57,537 bases of DNA from Polyangiaceae bacterium (GTDB lineage: Bacteria > Desulfobacterota > Binatia > UTPRO1), in assembly GCA_031400185.1 (NCBI GenBank), contig JANNPN010000435.1:1-57537 (forward strand), read 5' to 3'. Each line of letters begins with the position of its first letter. Within the stretch, counting starts at the first letter, position 1. A program made the translations under genes and the position numbers. Below, one piece after another: positions 31,582 to 41,200 of this stretch. The notes beneath the pieces were generated by a model, which searched no databases, was not told the DNA's origin, and saw nothing but the letters and a program-made list of their open reading frames with translations.

Positions 31582-32169
31582 ATGGCTCCGGACGTGCTCG
31601 CGTCGCTGCGGAACGCGCTCGCGGCGCCGCGACCCGTGCCGACGCTCGAGCCTGGCGTCGCGGCCGCCGTCCTCGTCCCGCTCTTCGAGCGCGATGGCGC
31701 GTTGCACCTCCTCTACACGACGCGGAGCGCGGCGCTGCCGACGCATCCGGGCCAGGTCGCGTTTCCCGGCGGCCGCCACGCGCCCAACCGCGACGCCTCG
31801 CTGCTCGTGACGGCGCTCCGCGAGACCGAGGAGGAGGTCGGCGTCCGCGCGGCGGACGTCGACGTGCTCGGAGCGCTCGACCCGATCCATACGTTCAGCT
31901 CGAACTTCCACATCACGCCGTTCGTCGGGACGATCCCGCACCCGTACCACTTCCGGACCGATCCGCGCGAGGTGGCCGACGTGTTCTCGGTGCCGCTCGC
32001 GGCGTTCGACGACCCTACGACCGTCGTCGCGGAGACGTGGACGATGGAGGGTCGCGCGGTGCCCGTCACGTCGTATCGCCACGACGGCCGCACGATCTGG
32101 GGTGCGACCCAGCGCATCACCGCGAGCCTCCTCGATCTGCTCACCGCGATTCGCGTCGAGCAAGATTGA
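31582..32169 (+). CDS. Nudix CoA pyrophosphatase (NudL-like)
   Basis: AAVLVPL, HPGQVAFPGG, ALRETEEEVG and IWGAT. Confidence 0.9.
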   Translation: MAPDVLASLRNALAAPRPVPTLEPGVAAAVLVPLFERDGALHLLYTTRSAALPTHPGQVAFPGGRHAPNRDASLLVTALRETEEEVGVRAADVDVLGALDPIHTFSSNFHITPFVGTIPHPYHFRTDPREVADVFSVPLAAFDDPTTVVAETWTMEGRAVPVTSYRHDGRTIWGATQRITASLLDLLTAIRVEQD

Positions 32170-32194
32170 CACCCTTATCAGCGGCTCGTAAGGT
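32166..32194 (+). promoter_or_regulatory. Putative sigma70 promoter of the M23 peptidase operon
   Basis: TTGACA-N17-TAAGGT, about 12 bp before the ATG. Confidence 0.55.
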
Positions 32195-32206
32195 CGCAGC
32201 GGGTCG

Positions 32207-33622
32207 ATGGCACGGCAAGCGCGACAACGTAGTCAGCGCGAGGGTGGTGGTGGTCGGCGGGTGCTCCTCGGACTCGCGTTCTGTCTGATCGCCCTCGGCG
32301 CATTCGTCGGATGGATCAAGCTCGAGGGGCGCCGTCCGACGGCGGAGCTCGTGCGCCCGATCACCGCGCTCGGCCGCAACAGCACCATCGACGTGCGCTT
32401 CGCCGACGTCGGCACCGGGCTCGCATGGACGCGCGTCGAGGTCGAGAGCAACGGCACCACCGCCGTGCTCGCGAACGAGAGCTATCCGGCGGAGTCGTGG
32501 CGCGGCAGCGGTCTCCTCGACACGACGGTCTCGAAGCCGCTCGCGCCAGCCGACAACAAGCTCGGCGAAGGACCCGCGACGCTTCGCGTGTTCGCCGGCG
32601 ACTACTCGTGGCGGCGCTGGATCCGCTCCGAGCACCCGATCTTCGAGACGCCCTTCTCGATCGATCTCACCGCGCCGACCGTCGAAGTGCTCTCGCAGCA
32701 GCACTATCTCAAGCTCGGCGGCCTCGACTTCATGCTCTACAAGGCGTCGCCCGACGCCACGACGAGCGGGGTCGCGGTCGGCCACTATTTCTTTCCGGGC
32801 AGTGCCGGGCTCTTCGACGATCCGGCGATCCGGGGTGCCTTCTTCGCGATCCCGCAGGACCTCGACGCCAAGGCGACGCCGAAGGCGGTCGCGGAGGACG
32901 CCGCGGGCAACCGCCGCGAGGTGAGCTTCCACACGGTCATCAAGCCGCGCACGTTCCCCGACAAGACGCTCGACGTCGACGACGCCTTCCTCGAGCGCAA
33001 GGTCCCGGAGATCCTGACCGCGAGCAACCTGCCAGCCCAGCCGGACCTCGTGCAGGGCTACCTCTTCGTGAACCGCATCGTGCGAAAGAAGAGCGAGGAG
33101 CGCATCCGCGAGGTCACGCAGATGTCGGTGCCGACGCCGCACTGGGACGGGGCGTTCCTCCGTCAGCCCAACAGCGCGCCGCTCGCCGGGTTCGGTGACC
33201 GCCGCTCGTACCGGCACGAAGGGACCATCATCGATACCGCGACCCACCTCGGCTACGACCTCGCGTCGCTCCGCCAGGCGCCGGTCGTCGCCGCGAGCAG
33301 TGGCACCGTCGTCTTCGCCGAATACCTCGGCATCTACGGCGACGCCGTCATCATCGACCACGGCCTCGGCATCTTCTCGCTCTACGGCCATCTCAGTGCG
33401 ATCACCGTGAAGGCCGGGCAAGAGGTGGCGCGCGGCGACACCGTCGGCCGCACCGGCGAGACGGGTCTCGCCGGCGGCGACCACCTGCACTTCAGCATCA
33501 TGCTCTACGGCGTACACGTCGACCCGGTCGAGTGGTGGGACGGGAAGTGGATCCGCGATCACGTGACGGCGAAGCTCGAGCAGTACCCGCGGGCCACCGT
33601 AACCGCGCACCGTGACGGCTGA
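32207..33622 (+). CDS. Membrane-anchored M23 family metallopeptidase
   Basis: N-terminal TM helix, HLGYD, YGH and HLHF motifs. Confidence 0.93.
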   Translation: MARQARQRSQREGGGGRRVLLGLAFCLIALGAFVGWIKLEGRRPTAELVRPITALGRNSTIDVRFADVGTGLAWTRVEVESNGTTAVLANESYPAESWRGSGLLDTTVSKPLAPADNKLGEGPATLRVFAGDYSWRRWIRSEHPIFETPFSIDLTAPTVEVLSQQHYLKLGGLDFMLYKASPDATTSGVAVGHYFFPGSAGLFDDPAIRGAFFAIPQDLDAKATPKAVAEDAAGNRREVSFHTVIKPRTFPDKTLDVDDAFLERKVPEILTASNLPAQPDLVQGYLFVNRIVRKKSEERIREVTQMSVPTPHWDGAFLRQPNSAPLAGFGDRRSYRHEGTIIDTATHLGYDLASLRQAPVVAASSGTVVFAEYLGIYGDAVIIDHGLGIFSLYGHLSAITVKAGQEVARGDTVGRTGETGLAGGDHLHFSIMLYGVHVDPVEWWDGKWIRDHVTAKLEQYPRATVTAHRDG

Positions 33623-34823
33623 CGGCCGGAACAGCCCGTCCGAGGACGTCGGCAACGCCGCGCTGCGCGCCGCGGGGATCGCCGATGACGAGCACGCACC
33701 GGCAGCCCTGGTCGCCGTCGCCGGCCGAAGCGTCGAGCTCGACCGCGCGATCGTCACGCGGCTCGCCGCCGTCGCCGACGATGCGCATGCGGCGGCTCTC
33801 CGCGACCTCGCCGACGCGGCCGAGCAGCGCGGCTGGAAGGCAGCCGCCAAGGACGCGCGGCGTGCGCTCTATCGCCTGAGTCAGCGCGGCGTCGTCGCAC
33901 CCGAGCGACCGGCGGCGCCAGCAGCGTCCCCGCGCTGGGCGACGACGCCGCTCGAAGGCTGGCTCTCGGGCATCGACGGCCGCGGCGACCGTCTCGTATG
34001 GATCGCACGCCCGCAGCCGGGCGGCGGCTTGCTCGTCATGACCGCCATCCTGAACGAGCCCGCCGGCCTTCGGGACGTCAACCTCGCCGACTTGCCGCGG
34101 AAGTCGCTCCGCCGCATGCACGACGACCTCCGCACCCGGCATCACGTGCGCATGGTCGAGGCCGACGGCGCGTATTGCGACGCGCTCGCCGCGCAGGGAT
34201 TCGAGCGCGCCCGCGCCGGCGGGATCGCCGAGGCCGTCGGGCAATACCCGACGCTCCGCGCCCGCATGACCACCCACGCGCCTGCACCGCTCACGCCGCC
34301 GCTGATCGCGCGGGTCGCCCCGACCCTCGGCGACAACCCTGCGGCACTCGCGCGCGGCGCAACGCTCCTCGACGAGATCGAGCTCGCGACGTGGCTGCTG
34401 CCCCGCGACGTGCTGGCGCCGCACCTCGACGCGATCGCGGCCGCACGCGAGAGCCCGCTCGTGCTGAGTCGTCCGCAACAGGACGAGCGCGTCCAGGCTG
34501 CACTCGCCGAGGCGCGCCGCACGCTCTTCGGCGGTCCGCACGCCGACGTGTACCGCCGCCGGCTCGAGGAGACGGCGTACGTGCTCTGGACCGACGGCCG
34601 GCGCGAGCTCGCGGCCGCCGCCGCGGCGACGGCACGCGCACTCGCAGCCGGAGACGACGCGACCCCGTTCGTGACCGAGCTCCTGCGGCGGTCGGTCGGT
34701 CCGATCGTCGCCGAGGACGACGCGCAGGCACGCGCCGACGCCGCCGGCTCCGTGCTGGTACGGCCCGGCGGCACTCCGGCGAGCGGGGCGCCTCCGCTGC
34801 CGCCGCGCCCGCGGCCGCGCTAG
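33612..34823 (+). CDS. Hypothetical protein
   Basis: 403-aa ORF with protein-like composition, overlapping the M23 stop; no family recognised. Confidence 0.7.
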   Translation: MTADGRNSPSEDVGNAALRAAGIADDEHAPAALVAVAGRSVELDRAIVTRLAAVADDAHAAALRDLADAAEQRGWKAAAKDARRALYRLSQRGVVAPERPAAPAASPRWATTPLEGWLSGIDGRGDRLVWIARPQPGGGLLVMTAILNEPAGLRDVNLADLPRKSLRRMHDDLRTRHHVRMVEADGAYCDALAAQGFERARAGGIAEAVGQYPTLRARMTTHAPAPLTPPLIARVAPTLGDNPAALARGATLLDEIELATWLLPRDVLAPHLDAIAAARESPLVLSRPQQDERVQAALAEARRTLFGGPHADVYRRRLEETAYVLWTDGRRELAAAAAATARALAAGDDATPFVTELLRRSVGPIVAEDDAQARADAAGSVLVRPGGTPASGAPPLPPRPRPR

Positions 34824-34827
34824 AGCG

Positions 34828-35589
34828 TCAGCAGCGGATCTTGAGATTCTCGGTCGCGCACTCGACGCCGAGCTCGTCGCAGTGCGCGCGCATCTCGCGC
34901 CCGAGATGGATCAGCACGAGGCGCTTGCACCCGAGCTGCGGCACGAGCGGTCCGAGCGTCGTCCACTGGATGTGGCGACCCATCGGCTCCTCGTACGCCG
35001 TGCACTCGCAGAGGAAGAGGTCGACGCCGCGCGCGAGCTCGAGGAAGCGATCGTCCCACGGCGAATCGCCGCTGTAGAGGAGCTGCTTCCCCCCGGCCGT
35101 GAACTTGACCGCGAGCGACACGTCCTCGTCCTGGTGCGGGACGCGCACCGGGTGCAGCTCGAGGTCGGCGATCGCATGCTTCCGTTCGGGCACGAGCTCG
35201 ACGAAGTCGAGCGGGAAGCCGAGCGTGTCGGGCAGCACGTCGGGATAGAGCGCGCGCATCAGCGTCCACACCCGGTCGCGGATGCCGGGCGGGCCGAGGA
35301 TCTGGAACGGCCGCGACCGCGGGCGCTCGTAGATGTACTCGAGCAGCAGAAACGGGATCCCGCCGAAATGATCGCCGTGCATGTGGCTGATCACGAGGAA
35401 GTCGATGCTCGCCGTGTCGACGTTCCGTTGCTTCAAGGCGAGCAACACCGTCGGTCCGCAGTCGACGAGAAACGTCGCGCGCGCAGTCTCGACGAGATAG
35501 GTCGCGTGCGGGTGGCCGCCACTGCAGAAGGCGTCCGACGAGCCGAGGATCGTGACGTCGAGCTTCACTGCATCGTTGGAGGACGACAT
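34828..35589 (-). CDS. MBL-fold metallo-hydrolase (RNase Z-like)
   Basis: LGSSDAF, LVDCG, SHMHGDH, YSGD and LIH. Confidence 0.9.
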   Translation of the reverse strand: MSSSNDAVKLDVTILGSSDAFCSGGHPHATYLVETARATFLVDCGPTVLLALKQRNVDTASIDFLVISHMHGDHFGGIPFLLLEYIYERPRSRPFQILGPPGIRDRVWTLMRALYPDVLPDTLGFPLDFVELVPERKHAIADLELHPVRVPHQDEDVSLAVKFTAGGKQLLYSGDSPWDDRFLELARGVDLFLCECTAYEEPMGRHIQWTTLGPLVPQLGCKRLVLIHLGREMRAHCDELGVECATENLKIRC

Positions 35590-35766
35590 CGGCGGTGGGT
35601 GCTCTTTATCGCCAAGCGAAGCCGCAAGGCAACGGACATGCGAAGTGACGGATGCGCGCGTACTCCGCGTACGTAGCAGCGTCACCCCGATGACACTCGC
35701 CACGACGCCGCTGCGCATGAGCGTGACCAATGACGCCTCTGCAAACGCAAAACGCGTGGAAATCGC

Positions 35767-35782
35767 TGGCACCCGCTTTGCT
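35767..35782 (+). promoter_or_regulatory. sigma54 -24/-12 promoter
   Basis: TGGCAC-CCGCT-TTGCT, about 40 bp upstream of the matrixin ATG. Confidence 0.72.
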
Positions 35783-35823
35783 CCCCTGCCCCTGACCCAC
35801 GCTCGGGTCGTGGAGGCGTTTGC

Positions 35824-37716
35824 ATGTCGTATCGGTCCATTCTCGTCACCCTGCGCTTCGCGGCCGCCGTCGCCGGGGTGCTGATGCTCATGTCGGCGCC
35901 CGCACGCGCCACAACGATGGTGCGCATGAGCGACGAGGCGCTGACACTCGGCGCCGACGCGATCGTGACCGGCACGGTGCGCGACATCCAAACCGAGCGC
36001 GTGGGAACCGCCATTGCGACCCTCGTCACCCTCGGCATCGAGAGTGTGCTCAAGGGATACGTGCCGACCGCGACCGTCACCGTGCGCGACCTCGGCGGCC
36101 GGCTCGGCGACGACGAGCTGCACCTTTTCGGTGCGCCGCGCTACGAGCTCGGCGAGAGCGTGATTGCCTTCCTCGGCCAGGACGGCGACGGCTGGCTCCG
36201 CACGAGCCACATGGCGCTCGGCAAGTTCTCCGTGACCACCGATGCGGCGAGCGGTGCTCGCGTCGCCACCCGCGGGGTCGAGGACGAAGTGCTCATGCTG
36301 GGCGCCGCCGCGCCGCAGAGCTACGGTGCCGACGACGCACGCCCCGCCGATTCGTTCGTCGCGCGCCTGAAAGACATCGTGCGCTCGCAACCCGTGCCGC
36401 GCATGCTGCGCCCGCTCGCCTCGCCGCTGAACGCGCGCGCCCGCGCCGAGGTGATGAACCCCGCGGTCGAGGGTTACAAGCTCTTCAACAACGTGCGCTG
36501 GTTCCTGCCGGACGCGGGTCTTCCGGTGCGCTACTTCATCGACCAAGCGGGCGACGCCAAGCTCGGCTTCAACGCCAGCCAGAACGCGGTGAACGCGGCA
36601 TTCGCCGCGTGGACCAACGTCCCGACGTCGAGCCTCGTGATGCAGTCGGCGGGCACGGCGGTCGCGACCGCCGGCGGCTTCTGCGACGGCACGAGCAAAA
36701 TCGTCTTCAACGATCCCTTCAACGAGGTCACCGATCCGTCGGGTTGCGGCGGCATCCTCGCGATCGGCGGGTACTGCGCGAGCGGCGCCTCGAAGCAGTT
36801 CAAGGGCACCGCGTTCCGCGAAGCCGTCGAGGGCGACATCATCTTCAACAACGGCTGGAGCGGCTGCTCCTTCTGGAAAGAGGTCAACGTTGCCGAGGTG
36901 GCGACCCACGAGGTCGGCCACACGATCGGCCTCGCGCACTCGACCGACTCGAGCGCGACCATGTACTCGTTCGCCCACTTCGACGGCCGCGGTGCGAGCC
37001 TCACCGACGACGACCGCGCCGGCGTGACCTATCTCTACCCGGGCGACGGCCCCGAGCCCCCTCCCGTCCCGACGCCGACCACGTCGCCGACGCCAGCACC
37101 GCCGGACACCGACGACGACGGCGTCATCGACGGGAACGACAACTGCCCGGCGATCGAGAACGCGACGCAGGCGGACGTCGACGGCGACGGCCTCGGCGAC
37201 GTCTGCGACAACTGCGCGGCGGTCGCCAACCCGAACCAACTGGCAGAAGACTCCTGCGGCCTCCTCGTCATCAACTCGATGCGCATCGCGATCGGCAAGG
37301 TCGCGCGGGAGGACTCGATCACGGTGAAGGGCCGCTTCGACGGCACGATGGCCGCCGCGATGGCCGACGTCGCCGGGCACGCGCTCACGATGACGCTCTC
37401 GAAGGTCGACGGCGACCAGCTCATGCAGGTGGTCGTGCCGGCCAGGAACTGGAAGATCAACCGCAGCGGCACCAACCTGACCTTCGTCGACAAGACCGGC
37501 CTCACGCTCGGAGGCGTGACGAAGGTCATGCTGCACTCGCGCGACGGCGCGCGCTACACGCTCGCGTTGTCGGCCGCGCACCTCGACCTCGACCGCAGCC
37601 GCGAGCGCGAGCTCGTGCTGTCCATCGCGGTCGCCGGCGAGCGCTACGTGAGCGCGAGCGGCTGCGAAACGAATCGGCGCGCGAACCGCGTCGTCTGTAA
37701 ACAGAAGAAGCGCTGA
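35824..37716 (+). CDS. Secreted matrixin-like metalloprotease with N-terminal OB/TIMP-like domain, Pro/Thr linker and TSP3 Ca-binding repeats
   Basis: Signal peptide, [11 protein letters not shown] (36907-36939), ATMY Met-turn, and [15 protein letters not shown]...[14 protein letters not shown]. Confidence 0.92.
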   Translation: MSYRSILVTLRFAAAVAGVLMLMSAPARATTMVRMSDEALTLGADAIVTGTVRDIQTERVGTAIATLVTLGIESVLKGYVPTATVTVRDLGGRLGDDELHLFGAPRYELGESVIAFLGQDGDGWLRTSHMALGKFSVTTDAASGARVATRGVEDEVLMLGAAAPQSYGADDARPADSFVARLKDIVRSQPVPRMLRPLASPLNARARAEVMNPAVEGYKLFNNVRWFLPDAGLPVRYFIDQAGDAKLGFNASQNAVNAAFAAWTNVPTSSLVMQSAGTAVATAGGFCDGTSKIVFNDPFNEVTDPSGCGGILAIGGYCASGASKQFKGTAFREAVEGDIIFNNGWSGCSFWKEVNVAEVATHEVGHTIGLAHSTDSSATMYSFAHFDGRGASLTDDDRAGVTYLYPGDGPEPPPVPTPTTSPTPAPPDTDDDGVIDGNDNCPAIENATQADVDGDGLGDVCDNCAAVANPNQLAEDSCGLLVINSMRIAIGKVAREDSITVKGRFDGTMAAAMADVAGHALTMTLSKVDGDQLMQVVVPARNWKINRSGTNLTFVDKTGLTLGGVTKVMLHSRDGARYTLALSAAHLDLDRSRERELVLSIAVAGERYVSASGCETNRRANRVVCKQKKR

Positions 37717-37853
37717 GAGGCGGCCCGGCGCGCCCGCGACATCAGGTGGCGCCCGCCTGCGCCGACGCATCATGGCGGCAGACTTCCGAGGCGACGACAT
37801 GGCGGTCGATCCCGGCTGGCTCGGTCGTGCGGGGGTTGCTAAAGACCGCCGCC

Positions 37854-38219
37854 ATGCACGCCGAGCTCACCGTGCGCAGGGCGCGTCGCGACGACTTCGC
37901 GCGCGTGCGGTCGCTGCTCGGAGCACCCGAGACGCCGAGCCGCGCGGCCCGGAAGCGTTTCCGCAATCTGGTGTCGACGTTGCGTGAGGACCTCTACATC
38001 GCCGAGCCCGCCGCGGATGCGCCGCTCGCCGGCCTCGCGGTGATCGCGTACGTGCGCGGCCTCGAGGCGTCGACGGCGATCGTGCGCGAGCTCCGCGGCT
38101 CGGCCGAGGCCACGAGCCTGCTCCTCGCCTGCGCGCGCAAGCGCGCCGCGGCGCGCGGCTGTGCTTGGCTCGAGGTGCACGACGACCACGGCATCCAGCG
38201 CCGCCCGGTGATCCCGTGA
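37854..38219 (+). CDS. Short or degenerate GNAT-like protein
   Basis: TVRRARRDD start and LLACARKRAAARGCAWLEV; lacks a clear acetyl-CoA loop; GTGA-coupled to GDH. Confidence 0.55.
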   Translation: MHAELTVRRARRDDFARVRSLLGAPETPSRAARKRFRNLVSTLREDLYIAEPAADAPLAGLAVIAYVRGLEASTAIVRELRGSAEATSLLLACARKRAAARGCAWLEVHDDHGIQRRPVIP

Positions 38220-41200
38220 CCGCCCCTGCAGCGCAACCGGCCGATCGGATCGCGAGCATCGTGGCCCTGATCCGCGCGCGCCACACCGGTTCCACCGGCG
38301 ACGCGATCGCGACCCTGGCGACGGCCCTCTTCACGAAGGACGGCGAGGTGTGGGCCGAGGAGATCGGGGACGAAGCGGCCGCCGATCTCGCCCACCATGG
38401 CTTCGAGTTCCTCGCCGCCGAGGGTCCCGTGCCGCGCGTCCGTACGTTCGGCACGAGCGGGCCGTACGGCGACGCGACCGTCCTCGAAACCGTTCTCACC
38501 GACCGGCCGTTCATCGTCGACACCGTCCGCGAGTGTCTCCGCACCGACGGGATCGAGATCCGGCACGTCCTCCATCCGCTGGTGACGACACTCCGCGAGC
38601 CGGCGGCGGCCGCTGGGATGCTCGGACGCCTACGCGGCCTCGACGCGGCGGACGACACGGGTCGATGCGAGTCGTTCGTCCACGTCGTCCTCGAGCCGCT
38701 CGCAGCCGAGCGCCGGGCCGCGCTCGAGGCGACCGTCGCGGCGCGCCTTGCCGATCTCGTGCTCGTGACCGACGATTACCCGGCGCTCGTCGCGGCGACC
38801 GAAGGCATCGTCGCTCACGTCGACGCCTACAAGGGCGGCAGCGTGGCGTGGGACGAGGAAGTCCAGGAGGTGCAGGATCTCTTGCGCTGGCTGATGGCCG
38901 GGGGCTTCGTCTTCCTCGGCTATCGCAGCGTCTCGCTCGAAGACCGCGCCGGCGTGCCGACGCTCGCGCTCGACGAGGGGTCGGGGCTCGGACTGCTGCG
39001 TCGCGCCGCCAGCTCGCACTACGCCGAGCCGACCCCGGTCGCGGAGATTCCCGAGCCGGTGCGGAGCCGCGTCGTCGGCGGTCCGTTGCTCGTTTTCGCC
39101 CGCACGACCGCCGTGTCGCCCGTGCACCGCCGGGTGCGGATGGAGTACATCGGCGTCAAGAAGCTCGACACATCCGGGAGGGTACGCGGCGAGCTCCGCC
39201 TCCTGGGTCTCTTCACGTGGAAGGCGCACGGCGACGAGGCGTCCGAGATCCCGGTGCTCCGCCGCCGCCTGCAGCAGGTACTGCAAGCCGAGCGGGTCGT
39301 TCCCGACTCGCACGAGCATCGTGAGATCCTCGGCGTCTTCGACAGCTTGCCGAAGGCGGAGCTCTTCGCCATGTCCGCGGACGCGATCCGCGCAGAGATT
39401 CGCATGATCCTCTCGGCCGAGCGCTCCGACGAGGTGACCGTCGGGTTTCGCCCCGACGGGCTCGAGCACGGGGTCGCGGTGACGGTCGTCCTGCCACGCG
39501 ACGCGTTCTCCGAGGCCATTCGCACGCGTATCCGCGACGTGCTGACCGCGCGTTTCGACGGCGAGGTCGTCGACGATCACCTCGTGCTCGGCGACGGCAC
39601 ACACGCGCGCGTGCACTTCTTCCTCGCGGCGCCGCGGGCCCGCGTGCTCGCCCTCCGGCGCGACGAGCTGCAGCGCGAGATCGCCGAGCTGACCCGCGGC
39701 TGGAACGACCGCGTCCGCGACCATCTGATCGCCGAGCACGGCGACAGCGGGGGCGCAGCGCTCGGCGAGCGCTACGCGCGGATCTTTCCCGACGAGTACC
39801 AGGCCGCGACCGCGCCGGCGACGGCCGCGGCGGACGTGGCGCACCTGGAGGCCCTCGCCGCCGGTGCCGAGAGCCGCATCGCGATCGTCAACCCGACGGG
39901 CCGCGACGAGGCCTACACCGCCTTGAAGCTCTACCTGCGCGCGCCGCTCGTCCTCTCCGACGTCATGCCGGTCCTCGAGCACTGCGGCCTCCGCGTGTTC
40001 GCCGAGAATGCCGTCACGCTGCCGGCGCTCGGCGACGCGCCCGCCTACCTCGAGACCTTCCTCGTCCAGACCGAGACCGGCGCACGCCTCGACGTGGGCC
40101 GCGACGCCGAGCGCTTGGTCGCGACCGTGCTCGCCGTCCGGCGCGGCGCCGTCGAAAGCGATGGCCTGAACCGCCTCGTGCTGACCGCAGGGCTCACCTG
40201 GCAAGAGGTGCAGGTGCTGCGCGCGTATGCCGCGTACGGGTTCCAGATCGGCGCCGCGCCGAGCCGGCGGGCGCCGGTCGAAGCGCTCACCCGCCATCCG
40301 GCGCAGGCGGGCCTCCTGCTCCGCTGGTTCGCGGCGCGCCTCGATCCCGCCGCGGATCGCACCCGCGCGGCGGCAGCCTACGAGACGTTCCTCACGAGTC
40401 TCGGCGAGGTCCCGAGCATGGCCGACGACCGCATGCTGCGCGCGTTCGGCAACATGATCGCAGCGACCGTCCGCACCAACTACTTCGGCGGCCTTGCCCT
40501 CGGCCGGAGCGAGTCGGCGTCGTTCAAGATCGACTGCGCCCGCATCGAGCAGATGCCGAAGCCGCGGCCGCTGTACGAGATCTTCGTGCACGGGCCGCGG
40601 ATGGAAGGCGTCCACCTGCGCGCCGGCCGGATCGCGCGCGGCGGCCTCCGGTGGAGCGACCGCCCCGACGACTTCCGCACCGAGGTGCTCGGGCTCATGA
40701 AGACGCAGACGGTGAAGAACGCCGTCATCGTACCGGTCGGCGCGAAGGGGGGCTTCATCGTGAAAGGCGCGGAAAACCGCGTCGAAAAACCCGCCGCCAG
40801 CCGCGACGCCGTCGTCGATGCGTACCGCACGTTCATCCGCGGCCTCCTCGACGTGACCGACAACATCGCCGGCGACCGCGTCGTGCGGCCGGCGATCGTC
40901 TGCCATGACGAGCCCGATCCCTACCTGGTCGTCGCCGCCGACAAGGGCACCGCCACGTTCTCCGACGTCGCGAACGCGGTCGCTGCCGAGTACGACTTCT
41001 GGCTCGGCGACGCCTTCGCCTCGGGCGGCTCGCAAGGCTACGACCACAAGCAGATGGGCATCACGGCGCGCGGCGCCTGGGAATGCGTCGTGCTCCACTT
41101 CCGCGAGCTCGACGGCCGCGACGTGGCCCGCGACGCGTTCACGGTGACGGGCATCGGCGACATGAGCGGCAACGTCTTCGGCAACGGCTTGCTACGCTCA

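Noticed and set aside
35590-35766. Possible c-di-GMP riboswitch or small ORF upstream of the matrixin
   Set aside because: GCAAA words are present but the GEMM stem architecture is not; better explained as the sigma54 upstream region.
41155-41190. GDH motif GDMSGNVFGNG (Asp to Asn relative to the usual motif)
   Set aside because: One substitution in an otherwise intact gene; insufficient evidence.
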